64,000 nt of DNA from Eledone cirrhosa (taxonomy: Eukaryota): assembly GCA_964016885.1 (NCBI GenBank), contig OZ024758.1:9734001-9798000 (forward strand), written 5' to 3'. Positions 12,469 to 27,000 of the stretch are shown here, piece after piece. The notes under the pieces were generated by a model. The model saw only the letters and a list, made by a program, of their open reading frames with translations. It did not search any database and had not been told where the DNA came from. Positions within the stretch are counted from its first letter, which is position 1; each line of letters starts with the position of its first letter. The position numbers and the translations under genes were made by a program.

Positions 12469-15400
12469 GTCATGTACTGGTTATTCAAATTAGGCTCACA
12501 GAAAATCACCAATAAAAGTATTGTTTTATCTGCCAGTGGCAGCAGCTATCCGTGTTCAAAATTTTGCATTATATTTTTCTATTAATACAGTCACCATGAC
12601 CAATCTAGATTTTTGGAGAACCCGATGTGAAATAGTTGTATTATCAATGAATGAATGTTTTTATATTAGGCGTAGCTATGTAATGTGCTGCTACCTTGTA
12701 AATACAGTCAACCAGAATAAAAGTAGGTCTAATATTAGTCATAGTGTTTTCAGCTTCCATGTTTGCATATGGATTTCTAAGTTACATTGGTCATCTGATG
12801 TTTGTTCAAGCTTTTCTGCTTTGTTGTTGAGATGTAAATTGTGTAATATATCATTAATTCTAGTTTATGATTGCATGCATGAGATCTATATTCTGCTGTA
12901 TTTTTTAATGACATCACTTATTCTATAGTTCAAGTATTTGGTTCAGATAATACATTTCATGTTTGGTTCGTTTGATTTACTGGGTGTTATGTGTGTTGTA
13001 TTCTTTCAAAATATATCAAATTTCTCATAGTATATCCGTTTTATTTCATCCATTTATTTTTGTAGTGCTTTGAGGAGAATCTACAGGCTATTTAGGATAG
13101 AGATTTTATGTGGTTTTAGTGATAAAATGTGAATTATTTAAGATTTTCACAAGCTTCTCAACATGTCAACAAACCAAGTGTAAACCGTTTTGGTATCACT
13201 ATTGACCATGTAGATTTTAAAAAAAATGTAGGCCTGAACAAAAAAAAAAAAAACAACCTATTGTGTGTAAACTCTTATAGATTTCAGTTACCTATGACAA
13301 CAGTAGCTTTCTAAAAAGGTCTGGTGATAAAGGGCTAGGTTTTAGCTGATATTTTCCAATATTAAAGTAGATATTTTCCAATATTAATTGTTTTCTTCAT
13401 GTAGTCATTAGTGGTGGTGGTGGTGATTCTTTAGCTATAGAGATGTCTCTTAATTCGGTTTCTTCTAAAATCTAAGAACGTTATAGTGGTTAATATAGTT
13501 TGGCAATCTTTAGAACTGGTGATTTTTATCCGAAAAATTATGGGTTATGCTGTTTGATAAGCTCTTAATAAAACAAGCATATACAAAGCTGCAAAGAAAA
13601 CTGCTGAAGAATAAGATGCATTCTATTTTGGAATGAATTCTTTCCCAGTATTTAGAAGGTTTTTGCTTTTCATTCTTTTGAGGTCGATAAAAAAAGTGCC
13701 AATCAAGTACTGGGGTCAATTCTTCATCTATATCTCTTTCTCACTTCATCTCACTATATCTTTCTCTGGAAGAAATCTGCTGTATACAGGCCTGGAGAGG
13801 AATGGGGTCTGCCAGGCTTAAAAATGCCCAACAAATGCCATATGTCAATACAGAACCCCTACAACTCCATCAGGTGTTAGACGACCATACCATGTAGGCT
13901 ACAAACATAACATGTAATATGAAGGTTGATCAAAAATGTATATATTTAGTATGTATGTGGGTAAGATAAAGTTCCTAGTGAAGATATCAGTCTGACATTA
14001 TATTGAGCAATATCAATTATGAATATAAAAGACTGTCATTTGTTACTGTTATTCTCAATCATGGCATATCTTCATGATTTGTGTCTGGACAACATGAAAA
14101 TGTTCTCTAGTTCAATGCATTCTTATTGAATTATTGGAAATTTCCCATAGAGATTAGTATTGACATGTGGAAGGATAATGCTAGAGTTTGACTGAATTTT
14201 AAAATTCCTGATGGAAAACAAGTGCAGGAATTTAACAGTATTTGTATAACAAGTAGCAATTATTGGATATTGATCATTCACAAGCAGTTTGACCCATTGC
14301 AACTTATTTTATAATCCTATAATCAAAGAATTTTATCTCTAACCACAAAATTTACTTGTTTACTTTTTAAAAAAAAAAAATCATTTTATCGTTAAAAAAA
14401 TGTTTGTAAATACAAATTCTTTATGCAGTTATTCACAAAAACTCGATTCCCTTGGTTTTATAAAAAGCAATCCAATATTGTGTACGTGTTCAGTTTTTTG
14501 TGTGTGCGTGTGAGCATATGTGTGTGTGAGTGTTTTATTTTTATACTAGCTTCAGTCAATAAACTGTAGCCATGCTGGTACAAATCCTCCAAAGATTTAG
14601 TTGATAATATCAACTCCAGTACTTATTTCACTATTTGTCAAATTAAGGTACAAGCTACAGACAAGGGATTTTAAACATTAACACATGCACACACGTGCAC
14701 TTTCCACCTACCAAGTTTCAATAACAAACACTGTAAAAGGCTCCTAGTAAAAGGCTCCTACTCAAAGTGCTTCACTGTAGAATTGAACCTGAAACTACAT
14801 GGTTGTGAATAAAACTTCAACCACACAGCTATATTTATTTATTCATCTATTAGTTACATGACAAATTAGATACGACTGTTTCAAAGCAAATTCATTTACT
14901 AAGAATGATATATTCCATTCCTCGAGATTGATTTTGAAAGTTACTATGACAATATAAAAGAAATAGCAATAACAAAAACCTTATTTTTCTTTGAAAATGC
15001 AGTCTTCATGTCAAAGAAAAGATTTCATATCTAAATTCATTCAAATTACAATCCACTGTTTTATCAATTTTATGTAAATTTTCTACATTTAATGCATATT
15101 CTGATTTTACTAGGTAATACACAGAACATTTATATTTGAGCTTCAATTACATTTGGAAAATCTCATTGAAATATCAATCATATAGATATCAATCACTCAA
15201 TTTGTTCAGCAGTAACAGCAGGAGAAATAAATTACATTACTTTCACTTGCCAATGCACTGGATTCAATACCTACAAAAAAGATTTCTAAGTTGACATACT
15301 AAATCATAGAAGTTACCTCACTGTCTTAACGAGATCACATAGAAACAAATCATGTAAACAATGTTTCCTCCACATGACAAAATTAATGTAATAAAATTAA

Positions 15401-15989
15401 TGACTTTTCCACATGATTTTCTGGAACTGAAAAATTCTGGTTTTGTAAGACAGGTGCAGTTCAAGAGTGGGATTGTAATCAAAGCATAAACACAAGAAAA
15501 TATAATAATGAGGGGCTATATTTTCAACTGTTTGTATGGTTGTTACACTACACTCTTAGCTTTAGTAATTTCATGACAGGAATATATGTAGGGCAGTGAA
15601 CTAGTAGATTTGTTAGATTATTGAATAGAATGTTTTGTGATACTGGTTCTAGCCCTGTGCTCTGAGTTCAAATCCTACTTGGATTAATTAAAAAAAGTGT
15701 CAATTTTTCTTGTATATCTCTTTACACTTCTCTGGAAGAAATTGATTGTTAAGATCTGAAGACAGGAATGAGCTCCACAAGGTTTAAAATACTTATAAAA
15801 TGCTGTATGTCACTACAACTAATAGGAGTTAAGGATCCATACATACAATAACTACAAAATTCATTTTACTGCTTCACTTTATACATTTTTTTTTTTCTTA
15901 GTTTAATTCTCAATTCTTATTTGGCATACTCCAAGAGAATTTTTGCACTAGAAGCAGTTCATTCAATCTTATTTTCATAGAACATCTAC

Positions 15990-16027
<38 letters not shown>

Positions 16028-19000
16028 TTCCTTATATTCAGAAGACATTGCTGGTCTGTTAAATTTCATTTACTTTCACTGGTTAAGTTAAAGGATTAAC
16101 ATATATACTATTTCCTCAATAGATTTTTTTCAAACCCAATGAGATTGCTCTATCATTTCACTAGGTGGTAAGAATCAACTGCTGCCATTTCAAGACAAAC
16201 ATTTTAGATCAAAGACAATAAAAGGAGGTGTAAGAGAACGAAAACAAAACATTTCAATATGGATTTGAATAAACAATAAGAAAATATATTTATTTACCAT
16301 TTTGGCTTCATGTTCTTTTCCTATTTGATGGTGATCCCATTTTTCCACTTGCTAGTTAAATGAAAACAGAAAAACCTACCAGTTAAATTTCATTGATATA
16401 TTATCTCAACTTAAAACATCTAAAGACTAAAAGTTTTTGATCAGAGATATTCAAATCACATACAAAAACATTGTTGCTAGGGATAAAGACAAAGTATTTT
16501 ATACAAGGAGATATTCAAATGACAAACTAAAATATGGTTAACCCTTCAGCATTTAAACTGGCCATATCTGGCCAGAATTCTCTCACCTCTTTCTGTTCAA
16601 ACCAGCCATAACTGCCCCCTCAAACTGACTAAGGTATTGTTCTCAAAATAAATATCAAAATCTCAGATTTGATATGTGATATAATTATGTGAGGTAAAGC
16701 CTTTTCTGTGAAAATACAATAGTATATATAGAGTAATGTTAAAGGGTTAAGGAATGCTAAAATCTATATAAAGTGTTGGTAATTGAATGACTAATAAGTG
16801 TCACAATAAGATACAAATTCACTCCCTCATACCAATATCTTTGACAAAAATGAATAAAATCTTTAAATCTGAACTCTTTTTCATTGATTACAGTGACAAA
16901 GGGAAACTATGTAATTCAGTAGATACTATATTTCTATAGTTAATTGTGTATTTCAGACAGCTTGTCAGTGCCAGAATAAAAAAACTAAACATGAAAATCA
17001 ATGATGACAGATGAATTTGGTTAAAATTAGTAAAATACTAAAAATACTAGGTGATGAAAAACAAAATGTTCCATTTGAATTAGTATTTAACAAAAATGTC
17101 ATCTGTCATCAAATTTTCTAAGGGGACTTTACTAATTTTTTTTATAAGCTATTTTAGAGCAACTGACTATAATTGGCAGTTATTTTCTGCATTTGAGTAT
17201 CCAATATATTCTATACATAATATTTTAAATTGTAAATTATAATCATTATTGCAGTAACCATGTTCTCACAAGTCAAAGTTATGATTAAGACTGAGCACCA
17301 GCTACAAACCAGTTGACAAAGCTATATATACGTGTGTGTATATATATATATATATGCATATATATGTATATATAAATATATATATATATGCATGTGTGTA
17401 TATACATATATATAACCATACACATGCATATATACATACATATATACATATACACATGCATACACATATATACATATACATACATGCATACATACATACA
17501 TACATATACATACACGCATACATGTATATATACATGCATACATGTATATATACATATGTATGTATACCTATATACATACACATGTATACATGTTATATAT
17601 ACGTACGTATATGTGTTATATATTCTATGATATCTAAGAAGTATACACTGCAAATAATGTCTTATTCACAATGTATTTAACCAACAAATTTACAGCAAGA
17701 CACAGAATGCAAGTAAGCTGAAAACACTTGCATTTAAAAACCAAAATGCAATACATGCAAAAATGAAAACAAAAATACTGTACTAACATGAATATATGGG
17801 ACAAATATAAGCAACGTGGTGGGTGAAAAAAACTGCTGCTGACGGCAGAAAGTACTCATAGGGAAGAAAAACTAAGATATGGGAGGAAATGATCTTGGAT
17901 CTCAAAATATTAGACATCATAAATGAGAACACAAGATCAATACAAAAAGCAACATAATGAACTGAAAACCTATCTAAAACCATGCCAGCATGAAAAAACA
18001 TTCAAATGATAATGATGGTTAAATGCTTGAATAATCGAATATTTAGAAAATGAAATGCTGAAAGAATTGTGTAAAAAGTCATGTATAGCTGTTTGTACTG
18101 TCTAATTAATAAAACAAAAAAAAACAAAAAAACAAAAAGTCAAATAGTACAAGATTACAAAATATTTAAAATTTTCAGAAAAAGAGTGACATTTTTATCA
18201 ATAACAGAAAGAACATCCCTTTATTTTCATAATGACATTCTTGGAAGAAATCGAAGTGCATCAACATTTTCATCTGCAGTAATGATTCAAAGAATAGAAA
18301 ATGTCAATAAAGAGTGAACTTTTAATAAAGGACAATATTTCCACTGAGATGAGCTAAATAAAAATATCACAAAGAAAATACAAATGTTTAGGGAAATGTG
18401 AGGCAGGATACAATAAGATTATGGAGAGGGGGGGGGGGGGGGGAGATAGTAGAAGTAGAAGAGAAAATTCAGAAGTTCAGCTGGTCTGCTTAAGTCAAGC
18501 ATTTCATACAAGAGGAAAACAATGTTAAGCTCAACTTAGTTTTCTTTCTTTTATGAATTTTAACAAATAAATTTACTCTTCCTGACAGTTGAAATATGAA
18601 TTTCTCTACTAGTGAGGTATCATCATCATCATTTTACATCTGCTTTGAGTGGGACGGGAACTGATTCCGGCTACATTTCTACAGTAGGATGCCCTTCCTA
18701 ACACCAACCTCATTTAGTGAGTGCTGGGTGCTTTTTTTTTCCGTGGCACCTGCGTTTCTAGGGCTTTTTAAAACCCGGCAGAGTCCATCTCATCTCCAAG
18801 TCTGAATACAACAGATTTCTTTCAGAGAAGGATAGAGACAGGAAGTGAGAGACAGGAAGTGAGAGACAGGAAGCGAGAGACAGGAAGCGAGAGACAGGAA
18901 GCGAGAGACAGGAAGCGAGAGACAGGAAGCGAGAGACAGGAAGCGAGAGACAGGAAGCGAGAAACAGGAAGTGAGAAAGAGATAGAGGAAGAATCGACTT

Positions 19001-19508
19001 CAGCACTAGACAGGTATTATTTTATTTTATTTTATTTGATTTTTTTATTTTTTTTTTTTCCGATTTTAAATGGCTGAAAAATGTAATAAATATCTTTGCT
19101 TGCTTTAAACATAAGTTACTCTAGTACAAGAGGTAATTACTGTAAAGAAAACTTTACGCTAATTCATATTTTGATTTTCAACAAATTCAGGATTGTCTCA
19201 TGATCAGCAGAGAATAAGAAACTACTGAAGTACGAAATACATTGAGTTATTTCAAAGATAAAAGCCAAGCCACTAAAATACTCAAGAAACAAAAATATAT
19301 TCAATATTATCACTTTAATAAAACCTAATCAAGACATTAACTTTTGTTTTGCTTATATTTCAATATATTATTCCTGAATATCTTTTTACATCTATTTCTT
19401 TGGTTTTCTATTTAGGTATTGTATGGAATGATATTTAATCAAATAGAAATTGAGATTTCACTATATACAACCAATAACTTATTTTGATGAAAACCAGTTT
19501 TTTTTTTC

Positions 19509-19551
<43 letters not shown>

Positions 19552-21311
19552 GTTACAAAACTAAACCAGAGAATATGATAAAATGTAAAAGCACTATCTA
19601 TAAAACTAACAAAATACATTACCAGTTGTTTCTAAGAAAAAGTCAAATGTTAATTAGTAAAGGGGGCCAACTAACAAATCAGAGCAGAATACTTCATGGT
19701 AATCTGGTAGCTAGTATTCCGAGTTCAAATCTTGTTAATATAAATCAACTTTGCCTCATCCTGCTAGAGTTAATGTATCAGTCTAGGGTAGTGGACTAAT
19801 GGAGTCTTTACAGGATTGGGTGAAATGGTTGGATATTTGTTCAGACACTTTTTGAGTTCAAATCCTACAGTGGTTTACTTGGTTGATTTAATCCATTGTT
19901 CAATTGAACACAACCGTCAGGAACTTGGATGTCATTACTCAAAGAAGAGCACTGAGTCATAGAAATCATGTCAAAAATGGAATGTAAAAGGAGAGTAACT
20001 TCAAATAAGGACTTGGGCCATAGCAACTGTCTAATCTTTGCCAGCATAGAAAAAAAGATATGGAATTGATTGGATTAATTTTAGATCTTTGTATTTTGTA
20101 ACTGCTGGGATAACTAAAAGGTCTGGAAATTTAATCATTTGAACTTGTTCTTAAAACAGGAATTTTTAAAAAACTAAGTTGTAGCTGAAAAATGGCAGTG
20201 TAACAAATTCAGATCAAATTTATTTTGCCCAAAGACAGAATCCTATATTTGTAACAGCATATCAACCAAGGAATTATAGACAAAATTTCTAACCATATTT
20301 GACACCACAAAGCAAATATATTTTTTTAAATCACTAGAATATTTTTGAAAATTGTTTCAAAAATTCAAGTAACAGTTTCAAGAGCAGGGGAAGGTGTTGA
20401 CAAATAGTCTATCATGTGTAACACTTATTTAAACAATTTAAACATATAGGGCATTCTTTACCACGTTCAATATAAAAGGTATTATCAGATATAATTGAAG
20501 ACCAAAAAAGAAACAATTATTGTGAGTTTAGCTGGAAGCCATAGAAATAATTACAGGGCACCAGTTGTGGTGAGAACTTTCTATTTGAAAGCTTTCCCTT
20601 TCTATCAAGACACCATTAATTTACAAGCAACATCAGTTGAATAAAAGCCATTTCTGTAGGCTACAACACATCTCAGCATTCAATTACTTTAGCTGAATAT
20701 AGGAATATTTCAAAACATTTGTTTCAGCAATTCATAGTAGCAGCTGGTAAACTGATCCGTGGTGTGTGTTCATAAACATTGTACAGGATATTTTTTGAAC
20801 AAATGACCAATAATCATGTGATAACTTGAATAATACAAATTTTATTTACAATTTTTAGAAAAGCTCAATGTGCTCTTCTTTGGACAAAGGACATATCTAC
20901 ACAATAGTCAAACTCGCCCCATATACCAGTAAGTATGTCTGGTGATTCTTTTTGATACACCCTATATTTACCTTTTATTGATAGCTGGTATCCATTAGCA
21001 ATCATTATTGAATTGTTAATGAACCATTATATATATATATATATACCCAATGGCTGAGCTCCTGCCATCGGGGCCCAAATTTTTCATATCTGATCAGTTA
21101 TAAACTAAACGGGTCATTAACCTTTTAGACAGCTGATGCAACAACAAGAGTGCATACTTAAAAACAAATCTACAGCATAAGATGTACACTAAAGTGACCA
21201 AATGATCACTTCATCTCCAGCTGGTTCTTCCTGTTGCTAATTAAATATGGATTACTTTTAAGCATTGCTGTTCAGACAAAACCAGAATAAATAATAGTGA
21301 ACAACCCCCCA

Positions 21312-21345
<34 letters not shown>

Positions 21346-22791
21346 ACAAAAGAACAAAAATAAATGTTAATTGTTACTTACCGGGTTGAAATAGCTGATG
21401 CCCTGTTTTTCTAGATATGGTACAGCACAGTCAGAACGCCAAGTTGTAGGATTACAGGAACCACCAAGGAATACTAGACATTTTAAAGAAATAAAATAGA
21501 AATTATTTTGTTGAAAAAATATCAGCAAAATAGAATTGACAAAATAAGATATTTTAAATGTACAATATCAAGGTTGTTTTTATTTTATACCTTAGTATTT
21601 GTTCATACTGGGATATCTTCAGTAAGTCTGGGTATTATAATCCTTTAACACATTATTTTATATATATACTATTGTATTTTCACCATAAAGGCTTTATCTC
21701 TCATAATTAACTCATATCAAATCTATGAGATTGATATTTATTTTGAGAACAATACCTTAACATAAGTACAAGCAGCCGGTTACAGCTGGTTTGAACAGAA
21801 GAGGTGAGAGAATTCTGGCTGGATATGGCCAGTTTAAATCAACTATTTGAGCAGGAATATTTTTTAACTGAAGCTGGAACTCAAAAATGAAGGTAGCACT
21901 AATTTTCCAAGTACACTTAAACTTATTCACAGACAAAATCTTTTGTCTCTAACAGCAGTTCAGTTAAACTATGGATCAAATGTCCAAGATATTAGTCAAA
22001 GCAAGTATCAATCTAGATTTAATGGGGGAGACCAGAGAGTTTAGATTTAATGGGTTAGCATCAGTCCATTTCGTTGGGTGGTAGAGAGTCTGGATCTAGT
22101 TGGGTGGTAGAGAGTCTGGATCTAGTTGGGTGGTAGAGAGTCTGGATCTAGTTGGGTGGTAGAGAGTCTGGATCTAGTTGGGTGGTAGAGAGTCTGGATC
22201 TAGTTGGGTGGTAGAGAGTCTGGATCTAGTTGGGTGGTAGAGAGTCTGGATCTAGTTGGGTGGTAGAGAGTCTTGGGTGCTAAGAGTATATTTAATGAAT
22301 CAAAGGCAAGCTTTAATGAGAGAGGGACACCAACCTAGATTTAATGAGAGAGGGACACCGACCTAGATTTAATGAAAGGGATACACCAGCTTAAATTTAA
22401 TGACAGACGCCAAAATTTATCGATATTTCTTTTAATACTTCATTTTCTATATTTTGACTGTCATGGAATGCGCAATGTCGCTGAATCCTTTGTCTAATAG
22501 TTTTATTAGTCTTAAAATATTTAAGTCATTAAGACAGAATCCTCTAACCCTCTTAAGCATACACCAAAACAGAACTATTTCATAAATATAAGCTTTACAT
22601 CAGCGATGCAAATACATGACCATGAATAATTATTGACGAAATCAGAACAAAGAAATATAAAATGTGATCAAATGGTTTGTAGGTGAGGTCATGCTAGGAA
22701 ATTGAGAAACTAAATACACAGCTGTAAATAGCTTAGAAAGCAATAAAATAAACATTTCGAAAATTCTTTGCTTATGGAGGAATTGAGGGAG

Positions 22792-22828
<37 letters not shown>

Positions 22829-24001
22829 ACAATCAAAAATGTGTAATCTTTAAATTAACCTTACTTGAAAATAAATAGCTAATAACAGAATTGTAAGATA
22901 ATTACATTTTGAAGGCAAAAATAAATAGGAGAAATTAACTAAAATTTAATGGTTTGTAACAAAAGTAAAATAGATTTTAAAGAAAAGGAAACGAGGGGAG
23001 AGAAAAAAAGTAAAAAACACGTATTTTACTTTAAGACCATTTAATCAGTTGAAATGGTGTTCGATTATTAGCATGAAAGAAAATTTGGAGAAATTCAGGT
23101 GTGAATACTGTGTTTATTTCTGGCTATTTTATTACAGCTCTAATAACAGCATTATAATGGCTTACCTTCCATACTAAAAGAAAGTATTGAAATAAACATG
23201 TATACATTAGATGTATAAATGCATACACTCAATGAGATTACATTCTCTAAGATAGAATTGCTTTTCTTGCTTTCCTCAATGCAACTTTATTTTATTTCCA
23301 ATAAAAAAGTCTAAAATTAGATCCATGTGAAGTAAATGTTTAAAATATAAATTTGTACTAATGTAACATTAAGAACATAAATAGTTCCCTCTAATGAAAG
23401 CAATGAGAAAAAATAATACAAACGAACAAGAAAATGAAAATATTGGTATTTGTTCCAAAAACAAGGCTAGAAAGAAATGAAATAGCTAATATGGAATGAA
23501 TATGGGACAAAAATGAAAGATTGTACAAAAGTAGGCTGAAATGTTCATAAGCTGACTACGAAGGAGTAATGTTAGAGCTCTGAAATCTTGCATGCATTAA
23601 TTACAACTCTTAAAAACTGCAATGTTTTTCTTCCAGGGACTATGTTGAAAAATAAACCTCATTTGGTCGATAGTTTCTTAGTCAAAGAATTTTTCAGCTG
23701 ACCCTTGCACAATTTGCCTTAAGTTTTGAGAGAAATCTACAATCCAGTAATGTTCAGAAGATGAGGAAACCTCAACAAAACTGTATTCTACTAGAAATTA
23801 TGTGTTATTGTATAATATAGTCCGTGCCAGAAACTCAACAGGCTCCTGAAAACCCTGCAATAAAATAGGAGTTTCTTGTGAAACTTAAGTTCCATTTATA
23901 TAAATCACTGCACTCCAACCACGTCTTCCTTGGTCTGCCGCGATCTCTAGTACCAGGGATTGCTAAGGGAGTTGGGAGTTGATGCACAATGTGGCTCGCT
24001 G

Positions 24002-24040
<39 letters not shown>

Positions 24041-27000
24041 CATACACACACATTTTATTATAGCTAAATAGTGAATACACTATTTAGCCTTAATAAAATG
24101 AATATTTAAACTGTACTTCGCTATTGAGTACTCTTCTCAGTCATCCATCAACTACATGTACGTGTGTGTAGTGCTGATATCTTTTAGAGAAGTTCCAATT
24201 TTATGCAAAGATTGTTAAACTAAAAGACATGAAAAGGTAAAGATATACCTCCATAGAATTTAAAGTAAAACTGTTGTAGCACCTAACTAGATATTATATA
24301 CATAATATAATGAAGTTACTATCTTTAACTATTGATTTAAGCACAAGTATATATTTTTATCATACCAAATTGAGCTTTGGTTCTGATTTTAAAAGTTTCT
24401 GATATCTAAATAAGATACCAGACAGCTATATTGTTTCTGTCATCTCCAATAACCTTTCAATATGTAATATAGTATTGATTTCTCTTATCTTTTTTTAAGG
24501 GAAGGGTTATGATCAATGTAATCGACTCAAATTCATGATTGGTTCTTATTGATCACCACACCCCATACAAAGTAAAAAGCAAAGTTGACTTTAGTGGGGC
24601 TGGAACTAAGATCAGCAGAAACCCAAGCTAGACTCTGTAAAACATTTAGTCTAATTCTGTTTCAAATGTATCTATTATTGTCATATCTAGAATATTGGTT
24701 TTGCATAAAATTGTAATGTTTCCAGTTTGTATACGAGGGAAAATGAAGTTGTCTGATAGTTGTGGCCATTCTCATACATAAAATGAAAAGCTACAACAAA
24801 AGATAGAAATGAGATCTTTCTCAGCACAGTGGAAACTGTTAGTCTAAAGTGCTTGCCTATGTCTCAAACATCAAGAGAAAAGTAATTGAAGATATCAGAC
24901 ATTTTGTCACTTATTCAAAGATATGTATAATAAGGACAAATTATATATGCTATATATATATTTTCAATAAAGTTGGTCATGCACCAAGACAGCACAACAT
25001 ATTGAACTTTCATCAATAATAAAGTATTGAATATGAAGACTGCTCTATTTATTCACATGGTAAATGTATTCAGATATTTCAACTTATCACAAAAGTTTCA
25101 ATAATATAATTAACATTTTTGTCAGTCAAACCTTTGCAAAAAGGATGACAGCGGAAAATCAATAATTACTGACTTTTTACGACTAATTTTCTTTAAGCTT
25201 TATATATTTGCTTACATTAACTTCTCCACTAGCATGATTAAAGTTTTGGTCTTGAAAAATTTACCAACAAAGTCATCACCACTAGCTAAATTTTAGTCAA
25301 TTGATTTGAATAACAGGAGTATAATTATTTTATTTAATTAACAATTTTGAACAAATTAGTTCATTATTAACATCAATTTTACTGTGTTTTCCATTCTAGC
25401 AAAGGCTGAATGTTTATATATAAGATACATATTGTCATAAATATACATATATCATGAATAAATGTTCTAATAGAAAGCACTACTCACTACCGATTTCATA
25501 AACAGTAACAAATTTAATTATAAATGTACTTCAAACAAAATTAATTCAAATCAGCATTTCTCATCTTCAAATTTTTTTTTTCTTTTAGCTTCACATTTGA
25601 TATTTGGAAGAGAAAATAAACTGATCATACAAAGAGCAAGCTGTGTGCCCATAGTAGATTAACCCTTTAGCATTTAAACTGGCCAGAATTCTTTTACCTC
25701 CTTCAGTTCAAACCGGCTCTAACCGACCACTAACACCAATGTTAAGTCTCTAAATAGTATCAAAATCTCAGGCTCGATATAATTTGAGATAACTATGCAA
25801 GATAAAACCTTTGCCATGAAAATATAATAGCAGACATATATAGAGTAATGTAAATAATAAAGGGCTAAAATGTATTTTAAGGATATATTTATAAAATCCA
25901 TGTTAGGTTTCAAAATAGGTACTTCCACTTTAGTAGTTTTTTTTATCTAATTAACCAGATAATCTTTAATGCAATAAACTAATACATTATAGCACCATGC
26001 AAATACCAGATATCAGAAAAGCTCAATGCTATTCAACTTTTCCTTCATTCAGTTACACATTACATTCAACTATGTGCAGTCACCAACCACATGTACAGTG
26101 TGGACTGGGAGCCTTTTTACAGCGTCTCCGACACACTTTACAGTGTGGACAGGATGTTCTGTGGTACCAACATAACTTTACAGAGAAAGGGTGGTGTGGG
26201 TGGAAATGGAAGGATGGAGTAGTGGGTGGAGTATATATTTGGTTAAGAGGTGCCTACTGACTAGGTTTAACTTTGTACATAAGGGAAGGCGGGTCTTCTG
26301 TATTCCTGCGTAGCGCCAAAGATCTCGATCCAGTGACAGGTTTTTCTGGGTCTACCTACTCTCTAGCTTCCATCAATTTTGATCGCCCTGTACTTTTTAT
26401 ATAGCTGTCATCTTTCATGCACATCACATGACCAAAGATCCAATTTACTCATTGCACCAGCAATCTGCAATGATACTTTCAACAGCACTAACTTAAAAGT
26501 ATGAGACTAAACTTCATTCAACAAGCTAAGGATCATGAGCTGACAACATTCCAGCTGCTGTCCAATAATTTGTTTTCTTTTTATCCTAAACTGGGGAAAC
26601 ATTTAGGCTCCTGAGCCCACAAACCACCTTCTTCAGTAAGATTGGGGTAGAGGTGGTCCTTTGTAAGAACAAACCCTGCAGAAGGGAATGGCTCCTTCAA
26701 ATCACTTCCCTTCTATTCCTTACATTTTCCATATTGTCCTCTAGGAAAATGAAGCATTTGCTTGACTGGCTGTGATAAAATATAGTGTGCTTATGTTTAG
26801 AAATTTTTTATAGGGCGGTGGATTGGCAGTATCGGTTGAGGGTCGGACGCCATGCTTTGACGCATAGAGTTACAGCCCTTGCCATTCTGAGTTCAAATCC
26901 CGCCGAGGTTAACTTTGCCTTTCATCCTTACGGGGGTTGATAAAATAAAGTACCAGTAATACACTGGGTAATTGCTGGCCTTGTGCCAAAAAGTAGAAAC

